NCBI GenBank assembly: GCA_964252035.1
Contig: CAXUOO010000263.1
Source of the DNA: Podarcis erhardii
Taxonomy: Eukaryota
DNA: 64,000 bases
Direction: 5' to 3' (one strand)
Position numbers and translations under genes: made by a program. The notes beneath the pieces are model-generated. The model was given only the letters and a program-made list of their open reading frames with translations. It had not been told where the DNA came from and did no database searches. Positions 12,851-26,519 of the stretch are shown here, in pieces (position 1 is the first letter of the stretch; each line of letters starts with the position of its first letter).

Positions 12851-14090
12851 GGCCGTTACTGGTTTGATGTGTGAGATGCATGAATGTGGCAGATAAGGCA
12901 GCAGCAAAAAATACAGATCACAGACACCGCTCTACTGAGTTCGTCAAGGTCGAAAGACCGGCAGAAAGGGACTTCAAGCTGCACTGACAGCTGATTGTGC
13001 TGAAATTCAAGACCTCTGCACCAGCACTTTTCTCCTCTTAATCGAATCTGGAAACCTCTGATCGACTCCCACAAAAACAGCTTTTAAGACTTCTCGTGTT
13101 GCTGTCATTCTCCACCGTTTCGACTTCACTTAAAAGGAGTTAGACATTTCAATGCTTGGAAACTGCTTCTGTGGCTGTTTCCTGAATTAAATTGTGCGTC
13201 GCAATCACCCCTTCTCGCTATTATTGACCAGTGCTTTCGTGACACTTGCTATGCTCAAGATATACAATGCACCAGGAAAGGGTGATGATGGAGCTACTGC
13301 AGCTGTTGCTGCTGCATAATTTTGAGTGCTGTGCATTTGTATCCCAAAACTGGGAGCATCACATTATTATTGCAGCGAGAAAAACTCCAGTGCAAGCAGA
13401 CTCCAAAGACACGTGTCCACACAATCACATTTGAGGATATATACACTATAGCAAATGCAGGAGCATATATGTGTGTGCGTGTGTGTTATTTATATACGTT
13501 CACATACGTATTATATTCTCGTATGTGGAGGATTGAATACACAAGTCCGTAGCATATTATCCCTGCATGATTCACAGCGTAGAAAAAACCAGTGTGAATG
13601 TAACACTTGTGTGCGCTGGTGAAGTATACAGATGTATGACTCTGTCTGCACGTGTATTCTGACAAAGTGACTTTGACACCTCAAGTGAATACCGATATGT
13701 GCACGATAAAGGGAATATATCTATGCATTTTACTGCCTGCGATGAGGCAATCACGCACAGATACATAAGGGGTGGATTCTATATCACGGAAGTTCCTACA
13801 CAAGTCGTCAAAGGAGAGAGGCTACCGCTCCGAATTCAGCTGGGTTAGATATCGATTCATTGGCTTAGTCGTCAAGAAAAGACGTAAAGTACACTGATTG
13901 CATTTTGACGCCTTTCCTTCAAAAATCGCATCCAGTCTCAATTGTCACGTTTGAAAAGCCACACTGTACAGCGTGTGAACATATTTATATTCGCCGAAGG
14001 AACATTCATATACATAGATCCAGATATTTGAGCACATACTTTGATGAAAATGATCGTATATACGTCGTGTTATACCGATATATACCTACA

Positions 14091-14131
<41 letters not shown>

Positions 14132-15852
14132 TATTTATGTGAGAGAGAGTGCATATATGTGCGGTAACGATTGCGATGAGCCACTTAGAGCACAGATATA
14201 TGAGGGGTGGAAAGAGTAAACGGACATTCTCACACAAGCGGTTGACGTAGAGAGAATACGCTCCGTATACAGCTGAAATGGAGATCAATTTATCGGCTGG
14301 ATTCGCGAATAAAGAAAAGAGGAGTACAGTAAAGTGAATGCGAATTGAAGCCTTTCATTCTGAACCGCGCCTACTCTCAAGTAAAGAAGCACTAAAGATA
14401 TGTGTGTTGACAACCACCATAGTGTTTAGACTTTGAAAAATCTATTTCTACACAGCGTCTCTCTCTGCCGTTTTTGGCGGCGCGGCGCTGTTCTTGATTA
14501 CGTGCTCACGGACTGTGCAGCAGCTGCTGCTGTGAGAAAATGGAATCAAAAAGAGCAGACAACCAAGGACAAAAGATAGGGATAAAGCAGTATTCTAACC
14601 AGAGAAACTACTTATCTCTGTAGATGACTGTGTGTAGAGCGCAGCCGCCTGATAGCAGCCACTGCTCCACGTGTGTGCCTGTCTAACCTGCAGCCGCAAC
14701 AGCTGCAGCGACAGCAGCATCATCAGCGACAGAAACAACAACAACATAACTGGCACCGAATGCTTGACCGACACCAACAAAAGTAACAACACCAGCACTC
14801 GTATATGTAGACGTGATATCTACTCTGTCGACGTCTACGTTCGCTTCGAAAAGACTGATGTACGTACCAACAGACTCAACTGAAACTACTATACACCGTA
14901 ACTCACGACTCTCTTAGCATATTTCTACATATACTCCACTGAAGTATATATATAGAATGTCTCAAGCTTGAAATTTAGCTCAGACGGACTTGTCGAGATG
15001 CACGGGTACATCAGTCGGTCTCCAACCAGTACCGTTTCCCTATCTGTAGATATGACCATCACGTAATACTACTGTAAGTGTTTGAACAGCTTGTCGAACT
15101 TCTAATTTTGCGGCAGTGCACTGAGTATACATGTGTACTTATATCCCATTCCAGAGTTTATTCAAGCTCCTTATTTGTTTCTCCTTGATTCAATAAATAT
15201 CTACATATATATAAGTACTTCTGCGATCACATTGTACACAACTCAAATATGATTACCGAATAATTAAATATATTCGTTGTATATATTATACAAGGGTATG
15301 AAGGGGGTCGCAAATCAACGAATATACGATGTCATATGCCATTTTATAAACACATAAAGTTCCCGTGGCTGTTCTATAGATGAATTCTGTTTATTGATAG
15401 AAGGATACGTTACGAGAAAGCAAGATTTTGCGATATAGAGAAAAAAAAGTATCTATAAGTATCCAAATAATGAAATCTGTATGGCTGGTGAGCATATAGG
15501 GAATCATCATTTATTTAACTTACGCAAAATTATCATTCCATAATTTGTATACAACGTATGCGCTGCAAGACAAGCAACCTTGCTGTCGAGAGAAAAAAGA
15601 AAACAGTCACTTGTATTCGCCGGTGGTTTTGATCAACTCATAGGTATACATGTATGTATGTGTGATTTTCAGGTTTCACCAATGTCAACTTATTTTCATT
15701 GAAGATCTCAGACTTCAATTTGATTGTGTGTGCCTTGATAAGTGCTTTTAACTTTTCCAATGCAAAGGCTAGTACTATATATATTGTTCACGCGCGTGCT
15801 ACAACTACGCATATGTACCTTACGCGGTTATCGTGTCAATCTTGCACCACAC

Positions 15853-15906
<54 letters not shown>
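15853..15906. repeat. (TA)n microsatellite, one of many in non-coding DNA (others near 5465, 14095, 26470, 27680, 28755, 29250, 62230)
   Basis: Uninterrupted TA run of more than 20 units visible at ~15862-15906. Confidence 0.95.
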
Positions 15907-15909
<3 letters not shown>

Positions 15910-18445
15910 TACGTGTAATGGACGTATTCGATTGGTGCCGATAGTATATCGCTTATATTACTTGATATATATTATTATGCTTACTATAATACAATCCACG
16001 TTATATCTATTTATCTGTTGCGTGCCTGTGCTGCGACTAATTCGAGTCAATTACTGCCTGCAGTACACATTACGAGTCGCTGCATTACGTAGTATAGCCC
16101 ACACGAAATCTATGTACTCGCTTCGTACGAGTTGCAACTAGTTCACGTCGACTTTCACCTGATAACCATTTCAAGCCGCTTACCACTTTTGAAAGAGCGC
16201 AGGATGGCAGTGAGACACCATACAGATCATAAAAGTTTCTCGGTAGTAAGCATGGTATATATGCAGACATATACATGTATGTTCTTACCAGCGACTTCGT
16301 TGCGTAAGTGCAGCCATGACGTAGCTCACCGTGAAGCATATATTTCTGTACGTTAGACATAACGAAATGAATAAATATGAGTATATCTCTACGTTCCCTT
16401 CATGATAGTCCTCTGACCTTAATTTTAACTAAAAAAAAATAGAAATAATTTTCGTATACAGACGCGTAGAGAGTGGACACACATCAAGCATGCTAATTTT
16501 GTTGAACTTTATGTGCTTTACATGCATACATATAGAGAGTGTGAGAGAGAGAAGAAAAAAATTTGGAAATTCTTTACGTGACTGACTCATACGTGCAGTG
16601 GTTTATAAAAATGGGATTCTGCATAAAGCTTGAGTTTTCTCAGAGAACGCGCCAGATCAGCGACTGTTTTTGCTATTCGAATGAATATGCGGTACAAGTC
16701 TCTCGGAATTTATTGATTCACTTGAATTTTTGATGCTTATCTACTAGGGCATTCGCGCCTCGGGTTTTTTCAACTCTCCGAGTGCCATTTCTCCACATCT
16801 GTGCAGCATGCGTTTCTAAAAGGAATTAACCTATAGCTCTCGAACTATCATAAAACTCTCCACTGTTTAGGTAGATTACTACCAGCAAGACATATAAATT
16901 CTGACGACGGAATGTGCATCCTTGATGATATAAACCTGTTTATCACATATAATTTTTTAGTCGAAGTAGATAACTAACAGCAAAGACATATGATGTCGTA
17001 GACGAGGGGTGTATGAATGGTGATATATGTTGGTATCGCGTTTTTCTTCTGCAATCTATTGAAGTCCTTTGAGCGTAGTATGTCTCATGGTGCAAGTGAC
17101 AATTTCTCTCTGATTTTTATGATCTCCTGCTTTCTCCGGTGTACCTTCCCTAGTTGTATCTCCTTTTATCCAGCTGGCTGAAGTGCTGCTTCTTCTTTTC
17201 TCACTCTTCGTCAAGTTCTACATCCAGGTCTAGGTTCAGGTACAAGTACAGATGTTTGACTATACATAAACTTGGTCTTTTTAGCGAAGCCGCTTTCTTA
17301 TCTTCTTATTACCTAATCCAGTACGTAGCTATGCATCGTTTTTGCTGTGGATTTGTAATGTAGCTGTTGTTATTCGAAAACGCAGAGATTCTACAATAGC
17401 TTTTGAGTTGCGAAAAATCTTAAATCTAGTTTCTTTCTTCACCCCTTGTGCCTTCCCCCTATTTTCTCGCTTCAGTCATTCCCTTGTTTCTTTTTGTGAC
17501 TCTGTAGATGCCCTCTCTCATTTTAGTGTGTGTAATGGCGATATGTTTAGGATCCGCTCCTTTCTTTGTCATTTTCCGCTTGTTGTAATTGACAACAGAA
17601 TTACTTGTACACGGTTGTAGTATTCCCATTAATATGTATGTTGTACATATACGTTTATATATGTCTACACAAAGCGATGTTGTCGAAAGTAGTTTGTCGA
17701 AGTTTTCTAATTACACTGACGTATTTCGAATACACGTTAAATATCTGAGTTTCCGTGCAGCTCATTTCTTCTAAGAGTTGGCTTTCTGTGCCCCGGGTTT
17801 CCCTGAACTATATGTGGAACTGACCCTCCGAAACGGATGCTATGTCCTTATATTCTTGCATAGTTTCAAGTCGCTAAATTTATTCTCCTTCAAAATTGTA
17901 CGCATAGATATCAGCTACCTAGGTCTCGATATATCTCGTATGTACGAATTTCCTCACTGGACTATCTGCACATACATATATATATTGTGTGGATGTATCT
18001 AAGCAGAAGACGAAGTATATTTAACAGGTTTTCGGTGAAGTGTATGCAGCTTTTTCTTTGAATTCAAGGGACGCTGCTCCATGGGATGTATGACTCCCTC
18101 AGCTCTAACCGTTTTCGACCTAATCTATGGTGAAAAGTCCAGCGTGCGACCCCCTCCGTCACAGAATACGAAACTGAGTATACATATACATTCACATTCA
18201 CAAACATATATATATAGATGTACGTATGTATGTACGTATGTATATATGTATACATGTATGTATTCATGTATGTAAGTGTTTGAATGTGTTTTTTGAGTGG
18301 TTGAGTGTGTGCGTTGAAGAGGGTCACTCAGCACGGTGAGTCCGCTGTGTGTCAAAAAGGTAGAATGTTGCTGTTGTTGTGAAGTGAGTGGGTTCTTCGT
18401 GCCCAAAGACAGAATGCAGTGGAGCGCGAAGAATTGTGGAAAAAA

Positions 18446-21400
18446 ATGCCAACGACAGAAAAGAAAACAACTGCTTTTTTCCCAAATGGTGGCGGTGAAG
18501 GGGGAAGGGAGTGGAGCGGAGGAGGAGGAGGAGCCACGAGACACGCGAAGGCGTGGGCAGTAGACGAGCACAAAAGTAGACACGGTTTTTCTGCTTCAGA
18601 GAGGGAAAAGGAGACACCGAAAAGTGGGCTTCTTTCTTCAGTGGAGTCGCCTCAGCAGCAGCAGCAGCATGCAAAGCAGCAACTGCTGCTGAAGAGCAGC
18701 GGGTGTGCAGCGGGTTTCACTCGCTTAACTGCTTCACTGCAAGCCACAGCAGTCGCTTCAAACCCACCACCATTACCACCACCACCATTACCACCACCAC
18801 CATTACCACAACCACCATTACCACCACCATCCGAAGAAGGTGGTTTTCGTTTGAGGGTGGAGGAGAAGGCGACCGCGACTCCACAGAGAGGGTCGTTTCA
18901 GCGACGACGCTGCAGACCTCGAACTGGCAGACTGCTGCCTCTGGGAAAACTGCATGCACTCGATCCCACCGTCGAGGGCTTGACTGAGGCCTTTCTCGCT
19001 GAGTGCTGCGACGCAAGCAGCAATGGCACTACCACTACCACTACCACTACCACTACCACCACTACCACTACTACCACTACCACTTCTACCACTACTACTA
19101 CTTCTACTACTTCTACTGCTCCAGCACCAGTGAGAACAAGAGCGAAATGCGAAGCAGAGGATGCGCATGCAGAGGAGCACTGCAGCGCTTTGCAGGGAAA
19201 GGCAGCGCCTCGAGTTGGAGACTTTTCGCAGCAGCAGCAAGAGCTGAGAGTGACGGCGAGTGTGGGCTCGCTTGTGGGGAAGTACTCAGGGTGGCGAGTT
19301 CGACTGCCTGTCGCTTTAGACGCAGTGTTGGACGAACAAGCGGAGACTGACGTGAAGTTCGAAGAGCGGATAGTGGCAGACGCGAAAAAAGGGGCTGTAA
19401 AAGAGTCTGAAGCAGACAAAGCAGAGAGAGACCCCGACGAACAAGTGCAGCTTATAGTGCAGCGCCTGTTGCAGCGCCTGCTGCAAACTAGACGCGAAGC
19501 GTACGAGTTCGTGCCTGCGAGGAAAACGCGCGTTTTCGAAGTCGTCGATCGATGCAGTTTGCGCTCTTCTTCCCCTTCTTCTTCTGCTGCGAATCGAGGA
19601 GCCCCTGAAGCTGCACTGAACAACAAACTCATGCAGCAACAACGAGCGGAAGAAGAGGAAGAACTCGGCCTGGGTGGGGCTCGCATTCTCCGTTATCGAC
19701 TTCTTTCTTCCTCCACTACTACTGCCACCACCACGAATACAACTACTACAAATACAAATACAAATACAAATACAAATACAAATGCGAATGCGAATACAAC
19801 TACTACAAATACAAATGCGAATACTACTCCTACTACTGCTACTGCTACTGCTAGTACTCTTTTTGTGAGCAGCAGTGAGGGTGAACAAGGAGAGAGGAAG
19901 ACGAGAGTTTGCAGGGAGGAGGAAGAAAAGAAGCAGGAGCAAAAAAAAGTGGTGGTGGAAGTGGTTGAGCGAGTGCCGTTGGGCAGTCGCACCATTTACA
20001 GGCCCAACAGCAACTTGCACATGCGCTTGACTGCTGAGTCTGAAATCACCACTCGATTCAGCCAGTTGGAGCCGCCCCCTCTTCCGTCGCAGCCACGGAG
20101 AGCGAAGCAAGCAGAAAAAGCAGAAGAAGAAAAAGCAGAAAAAGCAGAAGAAGAAAAAGCAGAAAAAGCAGAAGAAGAAGAGACAGAAAGTGCGCAGCAG
20201 CAGCAGGCAGCAGTGGTTCAGCGCTGGTGGGCTGTGCACGACTTGTGGGAGTTGCGTCTCAAACCGCAGCAGACGCAACGGCGAGGAGAAGAAGAACTCG
20301 AAAGCGAGCAGCATCGAGAGTTTGAGAGCCCGGTCTGGACTTTGGAGGTGAGTGAAGAGGGCGAGTTGGAAGACTGCAGCACTCCAGCTGCTCTTCTGTT
20401 GCTCCGTAGAAGCAGCAGCGAAGGCAGCACACGCAGAAAACCCAGAAAAAGAAACAGCCACTCAAAAAGTGCAAAAAACGCTGTGCTGGAAAAAAACGCT
20501 GTGGTGGTTGATGCTGTGGTGGAAAAAGACGCTGTGGTGGAAGATGCAGCAGGGCAGGAGAGTTTGCAACTCGCAGCTGATCTGGACCGCTATGGAGAAA
20601 CCAAGCAGGTGCTGATTCGCCTAGTGGGTTGTGGACGAGCTCTGCAGCAGCAAAGAGAAAAGATGCGAAACGGAAAACCGCACGTCTTCGGAGCTCTTGC
20701 GCAGCTGCTGCTCGAAAACGCTCGCGTGCTGGCTCGCTGGCTGGATGAGTGCTTTGAAGAAACTGCTTTAATAGCAACTTCTCCTGCTGCGTTTCCGCTC
20801 TATTTCCCCAACCACCTCGGCGACGTCGTCCACGCTGTGCAGCGTCACTACAATCAGCGCAAACTCATTCAAGCGGGAGCGTCTCGAGTCGCTGGATTAC
20901 GCATACATAACAACCAGGTATTTGTCTGTGTGTGTGTGTAGGAGGAGGAGAGCTGCAATGTTTGCAAGAACTGGTCGGTGTTTTTTGGCTGAAGGGTGTT
21001 TGGGTGTGTGGAGAATGCAGAAATTGTGTGCGCTTTCATCACGAGCGAGAGAGACGTCTTCTCTGTGTGTTCTCTTCCCCACACAACTCATGTTTATGTG
21101 ACTCAGAGATGAAGTGGGCAAGTTCTTTTTTTACTTAAAAGTCACGTACACACGAGGCAGTGGGTTTCGAGTGCGCAACTGAGCGTAGGGAGGTACCGAA
21201 AATTCCACACACAGCTTTCTCTAGTAACGTCTATGCAAAAAACATGCATATCCAGTCATGTCAAAAATTCAACAAAGAGAGAGAGAAAGAGCAGTACAGC
21301 GCCTCCGACAAACAGACGAGGCAACTTCTGCAGCTCAGTAGCTGTGCAGAAAGAAGCAAGATGCGCACGTGGTATGCTTTCAGTCACTGTATATTGTCCT

Positions 21401-24400
21401 TCTACATATCCACCTTTTCTGTCTCTTTGCTCGATAAAAGACACTGTGTGTCGTATGCGAATGGTGGTTGCTAAATTTGAGAGATTTGCCAGCGTCTGTT
21501 CGGTGGGTTGTGAGATATTTGCAAGCGTCTATTATTTGTCTACACACCTTTGTATTATATACTTGTGTCTCTACGTATGTATGTGTGAACTGCTTCTCTC
21601 TCCTGTGTCGGTGGTCGCTTTTTGTTGTTCGAGGAAGAACTAGATACACAATAAAACAGGGTTTTGACTTCTTTATTTGGCTTCTGCGGTGTGTTCTTGC
21701 ATGCTGCGTTTCATCGCATCCAGATGAGCTTCTTTGTGTCGCGTTGTACAGTGGAATGTGTCTCGGATTTGGATTTTGAACTTGTTTCGCTTTCGCAGGT
21801 GAAACGCCTGCTGCTGGAAAAGTTCGTGCATGCAGGCGACTCAGTGCTGGACCTAGCTTGTGGGCACGGCCAAGACATATGGAAGTACCTGAACTGCAGA
21901 ATTTCTCAATTCGTAGGCGTAGATATCTCGCACCACGAAATCAGAGAAGCTCGTCGCAGACTGCAGCAGCAGCGCTTTCACCCAAGAAATGGCGGGCACT
22001 CCGCTGCTGGAACAACAGACTCACTGCTGAAGCCCCCAGAATTTCACGTCGGAAACTTGCTGGAAGCGAAGTCGCTGAATTTTCTACGTGGCCAGCAGTT
22101 CGACGTGGTGTCTGTACAGCTGGCGCTGCACTACATGATGCAGTCGCAGGAGCAGGCGAAGCAACTGCTGAGTCGAGCAGCGGCTCACTTGAAAGAAGGC
22201 GGATTTCTGCTAGGCAGCACTGTTTGTTGCGAAGTTTTAGCGGATCGTTTTCTACTGCTGCAGCTGCTTTCTCCAGCTGCGACTTTGCGCAGACGGTCTG
22301 CGGCAACTACTGCTGCGAAATCGCTCGACGACGCAAAGTCGCTGCAACGAGCAGCTGCTGGAAGTGGCTGGTGTTTAGAGGTTGGAAACGATATTTATGC
22401 TATCACCATCAAAGTGCATGCGCTCGTGCAGTTGCTGCGTGACTGTCCAGATGCTGCGGTTGCTGCAGTGGCTAGCAGACTCGCTGCTACTACAGCTGCC
22501 GAAGAAGAAAACACGTCAGCACCGAATCTCCTTGTTGCTGACTCTGCAAGTGAGAGAGGAGAGGAGCTCGCAGTCTGCTTTTCTCGCTAGATGAGGGCTT
22601 TGTTTAGTCGCTGCAGCAGTGTGTGTTGTCTCCAATGTGTTGAAAAACATGCAGAAGCGTGCTCTCCACTGGAAGGGCACACTTTCTTGGTGTGCTTTGC
22701 GTACTCTCTCACACTTTGTGTGGACGAATTTTTTCTGGGTGTATGTGCAGAAATAAGCTTTCAAAGCAGTGCGCACTTGTGAACTGCTGGCTGTGTGCAG
22801 TGACGCGCGTCTTGCTTTTCCTTCCTCGCTACTCTATCTGCAGACAGAGAGAGAGAGTTCGGATGTTGTTTTTTCGTTTTTTCGGCTCTGTGTGTCTCTT
22901 TTGCTTTCTCCTTTAATGTATGTGCCGGGCTTTCTTCTCTTGGCGTATGTGTCTGCTGCTGCTGTGTGTTCTTCCTTGTGCAGCTGAGTTGTTGCGGCTC
23001 AGTTGTTGCTTCTTTTACCCTCCACTTCTTCTCTCTCTCTGCTACAACCGCCTCGCTTGACACTCTGTGCTGCTGTTGCTGGAAATCGATGTGTTCCTGT
23101 GCCAGAATTGTGCTTCTATTGCCTTTCTACTTAATTTCCCTTGTCGATAGTGCTGCTTTTTCCTAGTTTACATCTGTCCTTTCTTTGCTGCTGCCGCTTC
23201 TCGTAGTGCTATCGCTGTTCTGTATCATTGTGTTCCTTCTCTTTGGTTCACTGGGCTGCAGTTGGTGCTTTGCTTTCTTTGCTGTCTCTCATTGTCTGCT
23301 ATTGCAACTGCGACTTCAACTGTTGTAGCAGCTTTACTACGACTGCAATTAGGGCTGGTTGTCTGCTGATGGGGTTTCGGCTTTTTTTCCTCTTCTAATG
23401 ACTGCTTTCGCAGTTTCGACTGTGCTGTGAATATTTGGTATTTGTTGCTGGTTTTTGGCTGTTGTAGCTGCTTCCTTTCTTGGTGCCTGTTGTGGCTGCT
23501 CTTCAACTGTTGTGGTGGCTGTTTTAAGTGTTGCGAACTGCTTCAACTGTTGCCGCTGCTGCTTTACTTGGTGTGGCTGCTCTTCAACTGTTTTTGTGGC
23601 TGCTAACAATGTTGCAGCTATTTCAAAGGGGGCTGCTGTGGCTGCTTCGAATTTGCTGTATCTTCTTTGAGTGTTTGTTTCAGGCGGAATAAAAAGCGAG
23701 GGAGTGGCAGTTTTTCCTGATGGAAGCAATGTTTTCGAAAATTTGAGTATCAGCAGCCGAGCAGCAGCAGCAGCTCATTTGCGCATGCATTTGGAGAAAG
23801 ATTTTGGCATTGTCTACCACTTTTACTTAGCTGACTCGATCGACGCTGAAGAATTTGTTCTTCCCTGGAGAAGCATCTGTGCTGCTGCAGCGTCTCTGCA
23901 ACTAAAGCTGGTGCTTTCACTCTCGTTTCCTGAATTTCTATCTGCAACAGCAAAAGCAGGCAACACCCGCACCACTGCTGCCCTTCAGCAGTGGCTCTCC
24001 GCTCTCACACCAAGCCAGCAACTTGATAAACCTCAATTTGAAGTCTTCTCTCTCTACAAAGTGTTCGCTTTCCAGAAAGTCTCTTCTTTCTCGTCGAGTC
24101 CAACTTCTGCTACGATTGCTACAATTAACGAAACTCCTGCAACAACTAATGTTGCTAAACCATGCGCTACTGTAACAGCGAAAAATGCTACGAATTCAAG
24201 TGTTGCGCCTGTTGTTGCTACTGCTTCCACGGTTGCCATTGCTGCGGAATTCAGTGCTAAGCCTGTTGCTGCTGATGCTGTTGATGAGTGCAAGGGCGAA
24301 TTAAAGCCTGCTCTTTTAGTGCGGAAAAATTGTGAATCGAGCTGCAACGACAATAGCGGCAGCGATAGCAACACCAATATGGCTGCAGCGGCCGAAAATC

Positions 24401-24618
24401 TCTCTTTGTTTCCTTATAGTTACTTAGCCAAAGCGCAGTTTCGTAGCAGCAGTAGTCAAGCAGCTCTCGAAGCAGCTGCACTTGCACCAGTAGTCTCTCA
24501 AATGGTCAAAATAGACGTAGCCGATGGTGCTTCTGCAGGACCACCAGCAGCTACCAGTATATATGAGGGAATTTCTCTTGGCAAGAGAAAGAAGAGACGG
24601 GTTCTTTCGAAAGAATAA
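18446..24618 (+). CDS. RNMT: mRNA cap guanine-N7 methyltransferase (RNMT/Abd1 family) with an N-terminal Cet1-like pseudo-triphosphatase domain; model join(18446..20917,21799..22549,23684..24618)
   Basis: The spliced product reads VQRHYNQRKLIQAGASRVAGLRIHNNQ|VKRLLLEKFVHAGDSVLDLACGHGQDIWKY, then FVGVDIS..EIREARRR, FDVVSVQLALHY, LKEGGFLLGST, GNDIYAI, FGIVYHFYLADSIDAEEFVLPW and QFEVFSLYKVFAFQK, all RNMT/Abd1 motifs in order. Junctions are phase-consistent: 20917|gtattt..tcgcag|21799 (phase 0) and 22549|gtgaga..tttcag|23684 (phase 1). aaaaATG start at 18446; C-terminal KRKKRR NLS-like tail. Confidence 0.9.
19241..20750 (+). other. Triphosphate tunnel metalloenzyme (Cet1/Pct1-type RNA triphosphatase)-like domain with degenerate catalytic motifs
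   Basis: LRVTASVGSLVGKYSGWRVRLPVALDAVLDEQAETDVKFEERI aligns to the recalled Pct1 LEIEAKFGTLIDLETQNRFEFPVMNETILNPEFNLRTRFESDM. VERVPLGSRTIYRPNSNLHMRLTAESE aligns to KKRRVADLFLYCPNDAFDIRISISDE. GRALQQQREKMRNGKPHVFGALAQLLLENARVLARWL aligns to ADLRDRAQKAKDGMEAPLFRRVQLFMDNVRILRRE. Confidence 0.75.
20111..20180 (+). repeat. 24-nt coding tandem repeat (AEKAEEEK x~3)
   Basis: gcagaaaaagcagaagaagaaaaa starts at 20111, 20135 and 20159. Confidence 0.9.
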
Positions 24619-26464
24619 ACCCTGTCTTCAGCTCTCACGACGAAAAAAACGCGATCGATAGACCTAACTTTATATAAAAAAATCATTTGGTGAAAGTGTT
24701 CAAAGTGTTTTCAACGTTTTTTTTAAGTCTGAAGCTACAGATATGATTTTTCACGCTGTTCACAGATTTGGAGGAGATGTGTGTTTGCATAGTCGACTTT
24801 TCAGGTGGATTTGTAAGGAAAACTATTTGGAAGAATTGATTGAAACGCGTCTGCTCAGTGGGAGGATTTCTTTGTTTTCTTGGTGCAAATTCCTGTGTAT
24901 GCTCTCACCTTTAAGAATGAATCGATGACAGACATGTAGACACAGGCACGAAACATGTGCAGGCCCATTTCCTTGAAACTTACGATCGCTCAATCTTACC
25001 TCTCCGAAATGATTTTTTAATGCGATACTGAGCAGCTTTCTTCTATTTATAAAGAGGTTACTCAATGGGAGAGAAAACGAATGTGCAAGCAAATGAAGAG
25101 TCAAATTTAGATGAATAAAATTCGACTTTTGCCGCTAGAGGAAGTTCTATTATTGTTTTATGAATTCCAAGAACTAGCACATCTGTTGTCGACTCGGAAT
25201 GCTCATAGAATATTGTCGCTCTGTCAAATGGGAGAACATACGCATACATATGTGCATCATGTCTAACGAGAGAAGGGGAGGATAAGACAAACTCAATTAC
25301 CCAGTGACACATATACCACATTCTAAATGACTAATAGTATTTTTCATCACTAGTATAGATTGGTGTTTTTGAGTATGGCTACGCTGGACATATATATATA
25401 CATATATATTTATATATATATCTATATCATATGAGACGTTTACATATAAATATAGTCGCGGGATTAGTCGAGCTACACGAAAATTACATTGCGGCAGAGG
25501 TATACAAGCATCGTCTGCAAAGATTTGACGGGAATCGTGAGTGCGCATACAAAAGAATTTGTTCTTGCACAAATGCACATTATTAATTTCAAATTTTTTT
25601 CATCTGTGTATATATCTATTGACTGACCGTTTTGGCGCCTATACCTTTTTTATTTATTATTTTTCTCTTCTATGTGTATATATGTATTGTCCAGCCACTT
25701 TGGCGCCTATACCTAAGTATGCACATGGTCGCTGCTGCAATCATGTTTGTGCTACTCGACACTTCTGCGGGCAGATGATTCCAGATAAAAATCGAAGGGA
25801 TGTCGGTAACCCGTTTGAATTGTGATTGTCATTCTTTCTCCAGTTCTCTCTCGCTTTTGCTATCTCTCTCTATCTCACTATATTGTAGGTCACTTACCTT
25901 TTTGCTGCCATCAAGCTGTCGATGTGACATGTATGACTTCATGTTGCACTTCGTACATACCCATAGAAAAGTAAAAACGAGTATAATAATAACGCATATA
26001 GAAAAGTAAAAAGTATATGATAGTAAAGTATAATATATATATATATATATATACTTTTAGGTGCATCACCCGTACAGTATACGCGTTTCAGAAAATCAGT
26101 GTATATCTGCCCATATCCGCAGCAGGAAAACACCACGACGAGAAACACTTCCGACATCAATAGTAAAACATTCAAATCAAGAATTAAAGAAGGAAGTTAG
26201 CCTTTTACAACGTATATCAAAATATATGATATATATATATATACATATATAATAAGAAGTGTGGCGTTTTCTATTTACTACGAGTTGGTGGGCGAGGTGA
26301 AAGAAATGATCACATGTTACCCAGAGTAATTCCAAACACCTTGCAATATGCCGTCGCATTGTACTCTCGCAAACGAATCAATTGAGGGTTGTGAAATTTG
26401 TATATACATACAATGTGTTTTTCAGCAGATCTCACATCAGCGTTACACTGCACTAAATGACAAA

Positions 26465-26519
<55 letters not shown>

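Noticed and set aside
13000-18400. Scattered exon-like fragments between the divergent genes (14549 aaaATG, Q-rich 14690-14800, NFYDLYGVS at ~16230 on minus)
   Set aside because: Could not be joined into a coherent frame; the DnaJ-like look of NFYDLYGV is not followed by any J-domain/HPD motif.
22591-22782. YSLTLCVDEFFL as a possible methyltransferase exon
   Set aside because: The true motif FGIVYHFYLADSIDAEEF is present at ~23800 and the 22549->23684 splice is phase-consistent without it.
22550-23683. Antisense E/K/Q-rich short ORFs inside intron 2 of the cap methyltransferase, including a ~30-nt direct repeat (23491 and 23572)
   Set aside because: Pyrimidine-rich intron sequence naturally gives purine-rich antisense frames; the ORFs are short, in different frames and lack splice or start support.
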